Assembly: GCA_049590215.1 (NCBI GenBank)
Contig: JBAWCJ010000468.1
Span: forward strand, 2,633 to 66,632
Origin: Candidatus Sulfotelmatobacter sp.
GTDB lineage: Bacteria; Acidobacteriota; Terriglobia; Terriglobales; Acidobacteriaceae
Reading direction: 5' to 3'
Length of the DNA: 64,000 nt
Shown: positions 55,119-64,000 of the stretch, one piece after another
Numbering within the stretch: the stretch's first letter is position 1
How the letters are laid out: the number at the start of each line of letters is the position of its first letter
Program-made: the position numbers and the translations under genes
Notes under the pieces: generated by a model
Database searches by the model: none
What the model saw: the letters and a program-made list of their open reading frames with translations, nothing else
What the model was told of the DNA's origin: nothing

Positions 55119-55892
55119 ATGAACCAAGCCATCAAATTCGACGATCGCGGCCGTGCGCTGTTGAACCTGGCTTGTGGCACGCGCACCGACGCGAGCTGGA
55201 ACAACCTCGATTTTTCCCCCTACGCCTTGTTGAGCCGGCAACCGCTGCTGGGAAAGTTCCTTCGTAAAACTGGTTTCCTTTCTGATCAACGTTACTTGCG
55301 ACTGCAGGCCGTCGATCCCGCGATCATCCGCTGGGACCTGGCGCGCGGCATTCCTTTCGAAGGTGCGAGCTTCGATGTGGTCTATCACTCTCACTTTCTT
55401 GAGCATCTGGACCGCGGCGCTGCGCTCCTGTTCTTGCGCGAGTGTCATCGCGTGCTGAAACCGGGCGGGGTTCTGCGGGTCGTCGTGCCGGATCTGGAAT
55501 TGCTCGTCCAGACCTATTGCACGGCGCTCGCGGATCTCGATCTCGAAGATTCTCTTACCGCCGAGACCGCGCACGAGTGTGCGATCTACCGCCTATTTGA
55601 CCAGATGGTTCGCAGCGAAGTCTCGGGAGCGGAGGAGCAAAAGCCTTGGGTCCGCCGCATCGAGCGCTTGATCCGAGGCAACGCGGCCACCACCGGAGAA
55701 AATCATCGCTGGATGTACGACCGGCATTCCCTCGCCCGGATTCTTCGTCGCATCGGCTTCCGCGACGTTCAGCGGCAGAATGCGACCACGAGCGCGATCG
55801 CCGGATGGGAGGGGTGCTTTCTCGATTACGAGCAGGATGGTCAAGCGTGGAAGCCGAACTCGCTTTATCTGGAGGCGAGGAAGGCCGTTTAG
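55119..55892 (+). CDS. class I SAM-dependent methyltransferase
   Basis: LNLACGT (motif I), FDVVYHSHFLEHL, LKPGGVLRVVVPD. Confidence 0.8.
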   Translation: MNQAIKFDDRGRALLNLACGTRTDASWNNLDFSPYALLSRQPLLGKFLRKTGFLSDQRYLRLQAVDPAIIRWDLARGIPFEGASFDVVYHSHFLEHLDRGAALLFLRECHRVLKPGGVLRVVVPDLELLVQTYCTALADLDLEDSLTAETAHECAIYRLFDQMVRSEVSGAEEQKPWVRRIERLIRGNAATTGENHRWMYDRHSLARILRRIGFRDVQRQNATTSAIAGWEGCFLDYEQDGQAWKPNSLYLEARKAV

Positions 55893-55906
55893 CAAAGGAG
55901 CGAACC

Positions 55907-56050
55907 ATGAGCTACGCAATCGCCTGCTGTTTCGTCGTGCACGTCGACGACGACCATCTCAAGGTTCACGGCGCGCTGGCTCTCTCGCCGATGTTAGAGG
56001 GCTTGCTCAAGAGTGCACCAATCGCTAGCAATCTTCAACAATTCATGTAG
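55907..56050 (+). CDS. small hypothetical protein (47 aa) with a strong Shine-Dalgarno sequence
   Basis: AAGGAG at 55895..55900, 6 nt before the ATG. Reads MSYAIACCFVVHVDDDHLKVHGALALSPMLEGLLKSAPIASNLQQFM. No family recognised. Confidence 0.35.
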   Translation: MSYAIACCFVVHVDDDHLKVHGALALSPMLEGLLKSAPIASNLQQFM

Positions 56051-56092
56051 TGCCAACCTGAGCTGCAGAGATGTTTGAGGCATTTCTGATCT

Positions 56093-58105
56093 ATGGCGCT
56101 TGAAACAGTTCTAAGACATCGCCGCGGCACCGCTCCGGGTCGGAGGAGTAGCGTGACCATGGCTGCCGGGGAAATCGAAGCGCCTAAAGGGGACAATATT
56201 CGTCTCGCAAAAGTACGGTGGTATCTTTCCAGGCTGGCTTCGATGCAGCCGTCAGAGGTCGCGTGGCGCGCGCGCTCGGTGGCTACATTGCCCGTCGACT
56301 GGGCCCTCTGGAAAAAACAACCTGCCGCGCCAACCGCTCGCTGGGTGTCGCTGCAATCCGCCTCATACCCGGTAAAACTACATAGTTGCGGCGCGCCGAT
56401 GGACCACATTCATGTGTTCGACCTCGAGTTTCCCCTGGGATTCGAGTTCGACTGGCATCGTGACTACCGCAACGGAAGGCAGGTCGAGCGCAGCTTCGCG
56501 ACTACGCTGAACATCCGCGACACCGCCACCGTCAGTGACATCAAGTACGTGTGGGAGCCTAGCCGCTTCCAGCAACTGTCCGCGTTAGCGTTTGCCGCGA
56601 ACGGCGAAGAGCAAGCGGACTATATCGTGCGGTCGCTCGAATCCTGGCTCGACGCCAATCCGTATCTTTCCGGCGTGAACTGGACCAGCAGCCTGGAACT
56701 GGCCGAGCGCATGATCTCTTGGACCTTCCTGCATCCGCGCATTGCGGAGCAGGTCGCACGCGATCACGGTTTCCGCCGTCGCTGGCTGGACTCGATTTAC
56801 CTGCACCTCTCCCGGATCACGCGCAAGCTGAGCCTTTATTCATCGGCGAACAACCATTTGGTTGGAGAGCTGGTCGGACTTTTTGTGGGGTCCTCCTGCT
56901 TCAACTTCTGGCCAGAATGCGATGGCTGGCGCCATCGCGCCCAGAAATTGCTGGAGCGAGAAATCTGTCTTCAAGTTGGGGAAGACGGTGTGAACCGCGA
57001 ACAGGCGATGTCGTACCACCTCTTCACCATGGAGTTGTTCTTGCTTGCTTTCGCCATCGGCCGCAACACTGGATCTCCATTCAGCGAAGGGTACGCACAG
57101 CGGTTGCGCGGAATGGCTGGATTCCTCGATGCAGTGGCCACGTCGGGCGGAGACCTGCCATGGTACGGCGATTCCGACGATGCGCGAGGGTTCGTGTTAT
57201 CGCAAGAAGAAAGCGGGCTGGAGGTAACCATGCAGTTGGCTGGGTTGCTTTTCGGCGAACCGCAGTGGCTGCGTTTCAGCAAAACGCCCACCGCGGCGGC
57301 ACGGGCGCTCGTTCCGGATCTGCTTCCGACTCTCGACCCCGGCCTGAACCGCACAGTGCAAGCGCGCGAGCTGTTTCCCGACGCCGGCCTGGCTTGTGTT
57401 CGCAGCCATGATGACAACGTGCGCCTTGTCATGGATTTTGGTCCGCTGGGCTTTACCAGCATCGCTGCACACGGGCATGCCGATGCGTTGTCGCTTTGGC
57501 TGGCGATCGGCGATGAATATTTCCTGGTTGACGCCGGGACCTACGCCTATCATTCGCATCCCGAGTGGCGGGAATTCTTTCGCAGCACGGCAGCACACAA
57601 TACCGCGTCCGTGGATGGTGAGAGTCAATCACAAATGGCAGGCCGCTTTCTCTGGAGCGCGAAGGCGAATGCACGACTGCTCCGGTTCGAAACGAAACCG
57701 CAGGAAGTGACGATCGAAGCCGAACATGATGGCTATGCGCGGCTGCAAGATCCGGTTACCCATCGGCGCAACGTCTGTTTTGACCGCACTACCGGGAATC
57801 TCTCCATTGCTGATAGCTTCCAGTGCACCGGCCGGCACCAGGTCGACTTGTTCTTCCACATGCATGAAGAAGCCGTTGTTCTTGCGGTTGGCAATGGCGG
57901 GGCCCAGGTGGAATGGCGCGGACGACAGATCGTGTTCTTGTCGCCCGACGGTCATCGTCATTGGGAGCTCGTTCGCGGCTCGGAAAACCCCAAACTCGGC
58001 TGGCGCTCTCGCCAGTTCAACCAGAAGCAGCCCACCCCCACCCTACTCTGTCATATTCAAATCGAAGGTCCAACTACAATTCGCACACATTTGAGGATCA
58101 ACTGA
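56093..58105 (+). CDS. heparinase II/III-family protein (alginate-lyase-like N-domain + Hepar_II_III C-domain)
   Basis: NWTSSLELAERMISW, NHLVGELVGL, and AAHGHADALSLWLAIGDEYFLVDAGTYAYH are typical of the family. Confidence 0.8.
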   Translation: MALETVLRHRRGTAPGRRSSVTMAAGEIEAPKGDNIRLAKVRWYLSRLASMQPSEVAWRARSVATLPVDWALWKKQPAAPTARWVSLQSASYPVKLHSCGAPMDHIHVFDLEFPLGFEFDWHRDYRNGRQVERSFATTLNIRDTATVSDIKYVWEPSRFQQLSALAFAANGEEQADYIVRSLESWLDANPYLSGVNWTSSLELAERMISWTFLHPRIAEQVARDHGFRRRWLDSIYLHLSRITRKLSLYSSANNHLVGELVGLFVGSSCFNFWPECDGWRHRAQKLLEREICLQVGEDGVNREQAMSYHLFTMELFLLAFAIGRNTGSPFSEGYAQRLRGMAGFLDAVATSGGDLPWYGDSDDARGFVLSQEESGLEVTMQLAGLLFGEPQWLRFSKTPTAAARALVPDLLPTLDPGLNRTVQARELFPDAGLACVRSHDDNVRLVMDFGPLGFTSIAAHGHADALSLWLAIGDEYFLVDAGTYAYHSHPEWREFFRSTAAHNTASVDGESQSQMAGRFLWSAKANARLLRFETKPQEVTIEAEHDGYARLQDPVTHRRNVCFDRTTGNLSIADSFQCTGRHQVDLFFHMHEEAVVLAVGNGGAQVEWRGRQIVFLSPDGHRHWELVRGSENPKLGWRSRQFNQKQPTPTLLCHIQIEGPTTIRTHLRIN

Positions 58106-59394
58106 TGAATATCAGTATCGTGGGACTCGGTTATGTAGGCGCAGTCTCGGCCGCTTGCTTGGCCGACTCGGGGCACCGAGTCTGGGGCGTCGACATCAAT
58201 CCTGAAAAGGTACGCATCATCAACCAAGGCTGTTCTCCGATTGTGGAGAACGGACTGGCCGATAAAATCGCGCAGGGGAAGAAGACCGGCCTGCTATCCG
58301 CAACTACAGAGATTGAGCAGGCCTTGCGTGAAACGGAGCTAAGCTTCATTGCCGTGGCTACTCCCAGCCGCGCCAACGGGCAAATTGATCCCTCGCATCT
58401 GTTTCGTGCCTGCAACCAGATTGCGGCGGCCCTCGCCAAACTGGACCGTAAGCAGACGGTCGTGATCCGCAGCAGCGTGTTGCCGTCCATTTTCGACGAA
58501 TGCAAGGTCATATTCGAGTCGAAAGCGCCTGGCTTGGTGGAGCTGTGCACCAATCCGGAGTTTCTACGAGAGGGAACTGCCATCCGCGACTTCGAGGACC
58601 CGCCCTTCACCATCCTGGGCACCCAGACTCCGGCTGCGGAGCAGACTTTGCGCTCGCTCTATTCCGGACAGGCAGCGCCGGTTATCGTGCTCGAGCCGCG
58701 AGAAGCCCTGATGGTCAAATACGCGAGCAATGCCTTCCACGCTCTGAAGGTTGCCTTCTCGAATGAAATCGCCGCCGTTTGTGAGAAAACCGGAGTTGAT
58801 GCGGGGATGGTCATGAATGTATTTTGCCAGGACACCAAGCTCAACATCTCGCGCCGCTATCTGATGCCGGGCTTTGCCTTCGGAGGCTCCTGCCTGCCCA
58901 AAGACGTGCGAGCGATCCTTCATGCAGGAAAAGAGTGTGATCTGCAATTGCCGCTCATCGCAGCCACTTTGCTGAGCAACCAATGCGTGATCGAGCGCGC
59001 CTATGAAAAAGTTCGTGCCACGGGGAAGCGGCGCATCGGGCTGGTCGGCCTCAGCTTCAAATCGAACACCGATGACCTGCGGGAAAGTCCGTTTGTCGAA
59101 CTGGCGGAGCGATTGTTGGGGAAAGGGTATGAACTGCGAATTTATGATCCCAACGTGATCGCCGCGCGATTGACGGGCGCGAACAAGGAATACATCGATG
59201 GCGTGATTCCTCACCTTTCGCGTCTGCTCGTGCCGTCGCTTGAGGAGTTGAACGATCTTGAGTTGCTGATCATCGGGCACCACTTCGGTGGAGTCAACGA
59301 GATGATCGAAAACACGCGGGCATTCGTAATTGATTTGAACGAAAGCGGGACGAGCCCGCGGGGCCGCGCATTGGAAAGCGAGTTGGTGATCTGA
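58105..59394 (+). CDS. algD: GDP-mannose 6-dehydrogenase (AlgD-type)
   Basis: The start overlaps the upstream stop (TGATG). MNISIVGLGYVGAVSAACLADSGHRVWGVD, GFAFGGSCLPKDVRA and RESPFVELAERLLGKGYELRIYDPNV closely parallel P. aeruginosa AlgD as I recall it. Confidence 0.85.
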   Translation: MNISIVGLGYVGAVSAACLADSGHRVWGVDINPEKVRIINQGCSPIVENGLADKIAQGKKTGLLSATTEIEQALRETELSFIAVATPSRANGQIDPSHLFRACNQIAAALAKLDRKQTVVIRSSVLPSIFDECKVIFESKAPGLVELCTNPEFLREGTAIRDFEDPPFTILGTQTPAAEQTLRSLYSGQAAPVIVLEPREALMVKYASNAFHALKVAFSNEIAAVCEKTGVDAGMVMNVFCQDTKLNISRRYLMPGFAFGGSCLPKDVRAILHAGKECDLQLPLIAATLLSNQCVIERAYEKVRATGKRRIGLVGLSFKSNTDDLRESPFVELAERLLGKGYELRIYDPNVIAARLTGANKEYIDGVIPHLSRLLVPSLEELNDLELLIIGHHFGGVNEMIENTRAFVIDLNESGTSPRGRALESELVI

Positions 59395-60654
59395 ATGGGA
59401 TCCAAGCGCAACATTCTAATTATCGTTCAAAATCTTCCAGTGCCCTTCGACCGGCGCGTTTGGCAGGAAGCCACCAGCCTGCGCCGGCACGGCTTCGGAG
59501 TGGCCGTCATTTGCCCGAAGAAGGGGAAATGCACGGCCGGTTACGAGCGATTGGAAGACGTGGATATTTATCGCTACCCGCTGATTTATGAAGCCAACAA
59601 AGGTGTGGCAGGATATTTCTTTGAGTTTGTCTATTGCTGGCTGGCCAGCCTGTGGCTAGCTCTCAGAGCATATGCTCACCGTCCATTTCAGGCCATCCAC
59701 GCCTGCAATCCCCCCGATACTTTTTTCGCCCTGGCGCTGCTGTTTCGGCCACTGGGAGTGAAGTTCGTTTTTGATCATCACGATCTATGCCCGGAGATGT
59801 ATCTCGCCAAAGGGCGCAGTCGCACAGGGATGCTTTACCGCGCGCTGCTGATGCTGGAACGGATGACGCTGAGGTCGGCGGACGCCGTCATTGCTGTGAA
59901 CGAATCTCACCGGACGATCGCACTGCGGCGAGGTGGCATTCCGGATGAAAGAATCACCGTGGTGCGCAGCGGTCCGCGAGGAAATTGGGCCGACATCCAC
60001 TCCCCAAGCCCGGAACTGAAACGCGGGCGGCCGCACATGGTTCTCTACCTGGGCGAAATGTGCGAGCAGGATGGCGTCGATCACCTGCTGCGCGCCATCG
60101 AGGGCTACCGCACTATGGCGCCCGACGATACGCTGTTCGCATTTGTCGGCGGCGGGCCTGATCAACCGCGCATGAAGGCAAAAGCTGAAGAGATGGGCCT
60201 GGGACAGATGGTGCATTTCACCGGACGCATTCCGGACGAGGATTTGTGGGCATATCTTTCGACCGCTGATCTTTGCGTCGATCCCGACCCCTTCACCGAG
60301 TGGAGCAATATGTCCACGATGAATAAGATCATCGAGTACATGGCGTTCGGCCGGCCTATCGTTGCATTTGATCTGGTGGAAAACCGCCGCTCGGCTGAAT
60401 CCGCAGCCGTCTACGTTGAGGGTAATGATGATGCTGCGCTGGGGCGCGCGATGCGTGAGTTGCTGCTCGATGTCGAGCGGAGGCAAAGCATGTCGCAGTT
60501 TGCTCGCACCCGTTTCCGTGACGAACTGGCGTGGGAGAACTCCGAACAGAGATTGATAGCGACCTACCGGCAGTTGCTGGATGTGGGATTGTCAAGCCCG
60601 GTCGTTAACGCCAGACCCCAGGAATCTGTAACTAGCGACCGTCCCGGCGCCTAA
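59395..60654 (+). CDS. glycosyltransferase family 4 (WbuB-like)
   Basis: ILIIVQNLPVPFDRRVWQEATSLRRHGFGVAVICP N-terminal domain. C-terminal EWSNMSTMNKIIEYMAFGRPIV (E-x7-E-like). Confidence 0.8.
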   Translation: MGSKRNILIIVQNLPVPFDRRVWQEATSLRRHGFGVAVICPKKGKCTAGYERLEDVDIYRYPLIYEANKGVAGYFFEFVYCWLASLWLALRAYAHRPFQAIHACNPPDTFFALALLFRPLGVKFVFDHHDLCPEMYLAKGRSRTGMLYRALLMLERMTLRSADAVIAVNESHRTIALRRGGIPDERITVVRSGPRGNWADIHSPSPELKRGRPHMVLYLGEMCEQDGVDHLLRAIEGYRTMAPDDTLFAFVGGGPDQPRMKAKAEEMGLGQMVHFTGRIPDEDLWAYLSTADLCVDPDPFTEWSNMSTMNKIIEYMAFGRPIVAFDLVENRRSAESAAVYVEGNDDAALGRAMRELLLDVERRQSMSQFARTRFRDELAWENSEQRLIATYRQLLDVGLSSPVVNARPQESVTSDRPGA

Positions 60655-60770
60655 ATAGTTCACGCAAGGCCGACAGCGTTGCGCATCCGTTCTGATTCAT
60701 GCCTGCGCTCGCTATCCTGATTTCGTTTTTTAGTTTCTCGGTTGTCCACTCATAAAGAAAGATAAGATCA

Positions 60771-63317
60771 ATGAGAAATATGGGATCCCCGTTATTAGTT
60801 ATTCGCGCCTTTGTTGTCGGGATGTTACTGGTGGCAGTGTCCTTGAGCTGGGCGCAGGGCCAATCGAAGGTGGTCGTGGTGAAGGCCGTAAAGCACGCTG
60901 TTGCGCCTCCGCTAAGCCAGATGGAGTCCATTCCCGCGCCGTCAGGGCAAATGAGTTTGCTGGACGACGACGATAATGACAGGTTGGTGATACACGGGCC
61001 CCGCGCCACCAGCCCGGCCCCAGATTCAGCCCTTCAGGGATCAGACCAAACGACAGCTAGCTCCGCTCTTTCCACTCTCTCCACAAATTCGGGACTGAAC
61101 ATTCTCGGCGTCGGAAACGGCTTTCCTGGTTACGCCATTCAAGCTATTGTTCCCGACTCCGACGTGGCCGTGGGACCAACGCAGGTTGTCCAGTTTGTGG
61201 ACCGGTCCTTTGCGGTGTTCGACAAATCCACTGGCGCTGTGGCTCTTGGCCCGATCACCGGGGCTACCTTGTGGCAGGCATTAGGAGCACCTTGCTACAT
61301 TAGCGGAACAGACTACTCTGACGAAATCGTCCAATTTGACAAACTGGCGAATGTATGGGTGATGTTGATGCCGGTCTGGAATAGCCCCAATCAACTGTGT
61401 GTTGCGGTTTCCAACACGGCAGATGCAGCAAATACGACCTGGAACCTCTATGACTTCCCGATACCCCGAGGGATGATGGCCGACTACCCCAAGTTGGCCG
61501 TTTGGCCGGATGCTTACTACGTGACTTATAATCAAGGCGACGATCTTGTGTTCGTGGGCGCCGCAGGTTGTGCGTTGGACCGCAGCGCCATGCTGACAGG
61601 TGCGGTGGCACCCGCCATGCAGTGCTTCGACCACATTCCCACCTCTTACGGCGTTCTGTTGCCTGCGGATTTGGACGGGGCCACTCCGCCTCCGACGGGC
61701 ACGCCGGAGTACCTCCTCAATTTTGACGGCAACGATGCGTCTCTCGACCTCTGGCAGTTTCACGTGAATTGGACGACCCCTGCCAGTTCCTGGTTCGGGA
61801 CCTCGTCGACGAACTCCAGTCCCACGAATATTCCGGTAGCGGCGTTCACCGAGGCCTGCGGCGAGACCATCGCCGAACTCAACTACACGACCGGCGCGTG
61901 CATCCCCCAGGCTGGAACCACGCAGATGCTGGACTCCTACGGCGACCGGCTGATGTACCGGCTCGCCTACCGCAATTATGGAACTTACCAGGCTCTTGTC
62001 GCCAACCACACCGTCACGATTGGGACAAGCAGCAGCCAGACTGGCATCCGCTGGTACGAATTGCAGAACACCGGGTCAGGTTTCGGAGTGTACCAGCAAG
62101 GAACGTACGCCCCCGACTCCAGCTATCGCTGGATGGGCAGCGTCGCCATGGACAAAGCCGGTGACATAGCTGCAGGCTATAGTGTTTCCAATGCAAGCAT
62201 GAGCCCTTCGATTCGTTACACAGGCCGCCTGGCGACTGATCCGCTGGGTACGATGGAGAGCGAGATCGATATTTTGTCCGAGGCCGGCATTACAACTAGT
62301 TCTCGAACCAATACCTACCGCTGGGGCGACTACAGCGCCATGGCGATTGACCCGTCGGACGATTGCACCTTCTGGTACACGACCCAATATGAGACGAGCG
62401 GTACTTCCAATTGGAGCACCCGGGTCGCTTCATTCAACTTCCCGTCCTGTACGCAGAGCACGACGCTTTCCGTGAACCAGGGGGGGCAGGGAACCGTGAC
62501 CAGCACCGACGGCCAGATCAACTGCACCAATGGCAGCGGTACGTGTAGCGCCGTTTACACGACTGGCAGTTCCGTTACCCTAAATGCGAGCGCGGCGAGC
62601 GGGTGGACATTTTCAGGATGGAGCGGATCATGCAGCGGGGCCAATCCTTGCCAGGTGGTCATGAGCAGCAGTCTGAGTGTGACAGCCACCTTCAGGGCCA
62701 ATACCTCTTGGGCCATCGTTAATAAGTCATCGAAAGGCGGGGTCACGAGCCTTACGATTCCGGCCACCGGATCTGGGCGTCTGATTGCCGTAGCGCTGAT
62801 ATTCAATGGGAGTACCTCGGTCGCATCCCTTTCGGACAATGCGACTGGCGGAAGCAACACCTATGTCTCGGCCGGTGCTCGATCTACTTCAGGCGTATGG
62901 TCCACGGAGATTTGGTACGCCGTGAATTCGAAATCGGGTGCTACCGTTGTAACTCCTACGCTCGCCGGTACGTCTCCCCAGGTCCAGATCGCGGTTTGGG
63001 AGGTCTCAGGACTTTCAGCCTCGAGCCCAGACGCAACCAATACTTCCAGTGGCAGCCTGACTCTCAATAACACTCCTGGACCGGCGGTCACAAGCAAACA
63101 GGTTGGCGACTTTATTGTGTCCATCATGTTAGCCAACAGTTCTGACCTTAGTGCCATTACTAGTGGCAATGCGTTTACAGATGATTTTGGATCAGACGGA
63201 AACGGATGGGCGCATCTCACTAGCACTTCCGCCGGCGCAGGAACTTATCAGGCCAGTTGGTACACAGCTTCTCCTTCAGGCCAATACTGCGCCAGCACTG
63301 TCGCATTCCATCAGTGA
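60771..63317 (+). CDS. large secreted hypothetical protein (beta-propeller-like body + InlB-B-repeat-like Cys-bracketed domain + C-terminal domain)
   Basis: Signal peptide. Recurrent W/Y-rich blades (IRWYELQN, YRWGDYSAMAIDP). GQGTVTS..GWTFSGWSGSCSGANPCQV resembles the divergent InlB B-repeat domain. Confidence 0.6.
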   Translation: MRNMGSPLLVIRAFVVGMLLVAVSLSWAQGQSKVVVVKAVKHAVAPPLSQMESIPAPSGQMSLLDDDDNDRLVIHGPRATSPAPDSALQGSDQTTASSALSTLSTNSGLNILGVGNGFPGYAIQAIVPDSDVAVGPTQVVQFVDRSFAVFDKSTGAVALGPITGATLWQALGAPCYISGTDYSDEIVQFDKLANVWVMLMPVWNSPNQLCVAVSNTADAANTTWNLYDFPIPRGMMADYPKLAVWPDAYYVTYNQGDDLVFVGAAGCALDRSAMLTGAVAPAMQCFDHIPTSYGVLLPADLDGATPPPTGTPEYLLNFDGNDASLDLWQFHVNWTTPASSWFGTSSTNSSPTNIPVAAFTEACGETIAELNYTTGACIPQAGTTQMLDSYGDRLMYRLAYRNYGTYQALVANHTVTIGTSSSQTGIRWYELQNTGSGFGVYQQGTYAPDSSYRWMGSVAMDKAGDIAAGYSVSNASMSPSIRYTGRLATDPLGTMESEIDILSEAGITTSSRTNTYRWGDYSAMAIDPSDDCTFWYTTQYETSGTSNWSTRVASFNFPSCTQSTTLSVNQGGQGTVTSTDGQINCTNGSGTCSAVYTTGSSVTLNASAASGWTFSGWSGSCSGANPCQVVMSSSLSVTATFRANTSWAIVNKSSKGGVTSLTIPATGSGRLIAVALIFNGSTSVASLSDNATGGSNTYVSAGARSTSGVWSTEIWYAVNSKSGATVVTPTLAGTSPQVQIAVWEVSGLSASSPDATNTSSGSLTLNNTPGPAVTSKQVGDFIVSIMLANSSDLSAITSGNAFTDDFGSDGNGWAHLTSTSAGAGTYQASWYTASPSGQYCASTVAFHQ

Positions 63318-63436
63318 CCCCGACGCGAGGTGGTAAGCTGATCTGTTGTGGGACGGGGCGCACGAGTTTGCTCACGCTGCGTCCCAGGCGCGGAAAGTGT
63401 CGACTCCCTCCTCCTCAATAACGACCACTTTTCCTT

Positions 63437-64000
63437 ATGTGCGGAATATCAGGAATTATTAACGGCGGAAACGCTCAACTGCTCGGGCGCATGAACGATA
63501 TCATCGCGCATCGCGGGCCTGACGATGCCGGTCTGAAGTGGTTTGCCGAATCGTCGTCCGGTTTGGCGCACCGGCGCTTGTCCATCATCGATCTTTCTCC
63601 GACAGGCCACCAGCCAATGTGCAACGAGGCCGGCGACCTTTGGATCATCTTCAACGGGGAAATCTATAACTACAAGGAACTGGGGGAAGAAGTAACGGCC
63701 AAGGGCGTACGCTTACGCTCGACGAGCGACACAGAAATTCTGCTCTACGCCTATCAGATCTGGGGCGAGGCGTGCCTTGAGAAGTTGAACGGTATGTTCG
63801 CCTTCGCGATTTACGATTCGCGTAAGCGGAAGCTATTTGCGGCGCGTGATCGCCTGGGCGTCAAGCCCTTGTACTATCACTTCAACAATGGCTGCCTTGT
63901 TTTCGCCTCTGAGATCAAGGCCATTCTGGCTTCCACGCTGGCCCCGAAACGGCCTGACCTGAATGCACTGCACACTCCGGCACGGTTCCAGGTTTCTCCC
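63437..64000 (+). CDS. asnB: asparagine synthase (glutamine-hydrolysing) family amidotransferase; 3' end runs off the window
   Basis: MCGISGIING (Ntn Cys2), HRGPDD, RRLSIIDLS, NGEIYNY, SDTEILL. The frame is open to position 64000. Absent from the ORF track, presumably because no stop lies in the window. Confidence 0.85.
   Translation, partial: MCGISGIINGGNAQLLGRMNDIIAHRGPDDAGLKWFAESSSGLAHRRLSIIDLSPTGHQPMCNEAGDLWIIFNGEIYNYKELGEEVTAKGVRLRSTSDTEILLYAYQIWGEACLEKLNGMFAFAIYDSRKRKLFAARDRLGVKPLYYHFNNGCLVFASEIKAILASTLAPKRPDLNALHTPARFQVSP

Noticed and set aside
54883-55122. 79-aa ORF in the 310-bp gap between the GT4 and the methyltransferase.
   Set aside because: It has no SD and low-complexity Ala/Pro/Arg/Ser composition. 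It may be a decayed gene remnant, but nothing supports it as a live CDS.
1-64000. Scan for CRISPR arrays, rRNA, tRNA, tmRNA, transposases/IS elements, integrases, toxin-antitoxin pairs and defence systems.
   Set aside because: None were recognised by eye in any intergenic region or ORF. A tRNAscan/Infernal run would be needed to exclude small RNAs formally.

Overview
This is a high-GC chromosomal segment with dense coding. The gene content looks like Acidobacteriota (CarboxypepD_reg-type TonB-dependent outer-membrane protein, TonB_C fusions, PEP-CTERM-style EPS regulators), but that assignment is inference only. I found no rRNA, tRNA, CRISPR array or IS element.

Layout:
- 0-14 kb: an OpuC-type betaine ABC importer next to ergothioneine genes egtB-egtD, secreted proteins, a TonB-dependent receptor, a Tat metallophosphoesterase and a HAD hydrolase.
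- 14.7-16 kb: a DUF3179 membrane protein interrupted by one in-frame TGA.
- 16-22 kb: a type IV minor-pilin operon (FimT/PilV/PilW plus a giant PilX-N protein), divergent from a REC plus double-PilZ protein.
- 23-30 kb: an S10 peptidase, UDP-xylose synthase plus Ugd, a GAF-TonB fusion and an atypical LuxR regulator.
- 31-64 kb: a large Wzx/Wzy-type exopolysaccharide locus. It holds a NusG paralog, a Fis-type HTH protein, an ExeA-like ATPase, Wza, Wzz, a BY-kinase-like protein, the priming transferase, flippase, polymerase/ligase, deacetylase, two GT4 enzymes, a methyltransferase, a heparinase II/III-like protein, an AlgD-type dehydrogenase and AsnB.

The two observations most worth follow-up:
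1. Inside the EPS locus sit a sulfotransferase and two stand-alone single-module NRPSs, each C-A-T-TE. By hand-derived specificity codes one looks beta-alanine-like and the other glycine. One has a Cys thioesterase and the other a degenerate condensation motif. The second NRPS may be translationally coupled to the flippase (start uncertain). This suggests an undescribed NRPS-driven aminoacylation, plus sulfation, of a uronic-acid polysaccharide.
2. In the DUF3179 gene, the TGA falls on the first Cys of the CxxC motif, and a 17-nt hairpin with a GGUC loop, resembling the fdhF SECIS, lies 9 nt downstream. This is a candidate new selenoprotein.
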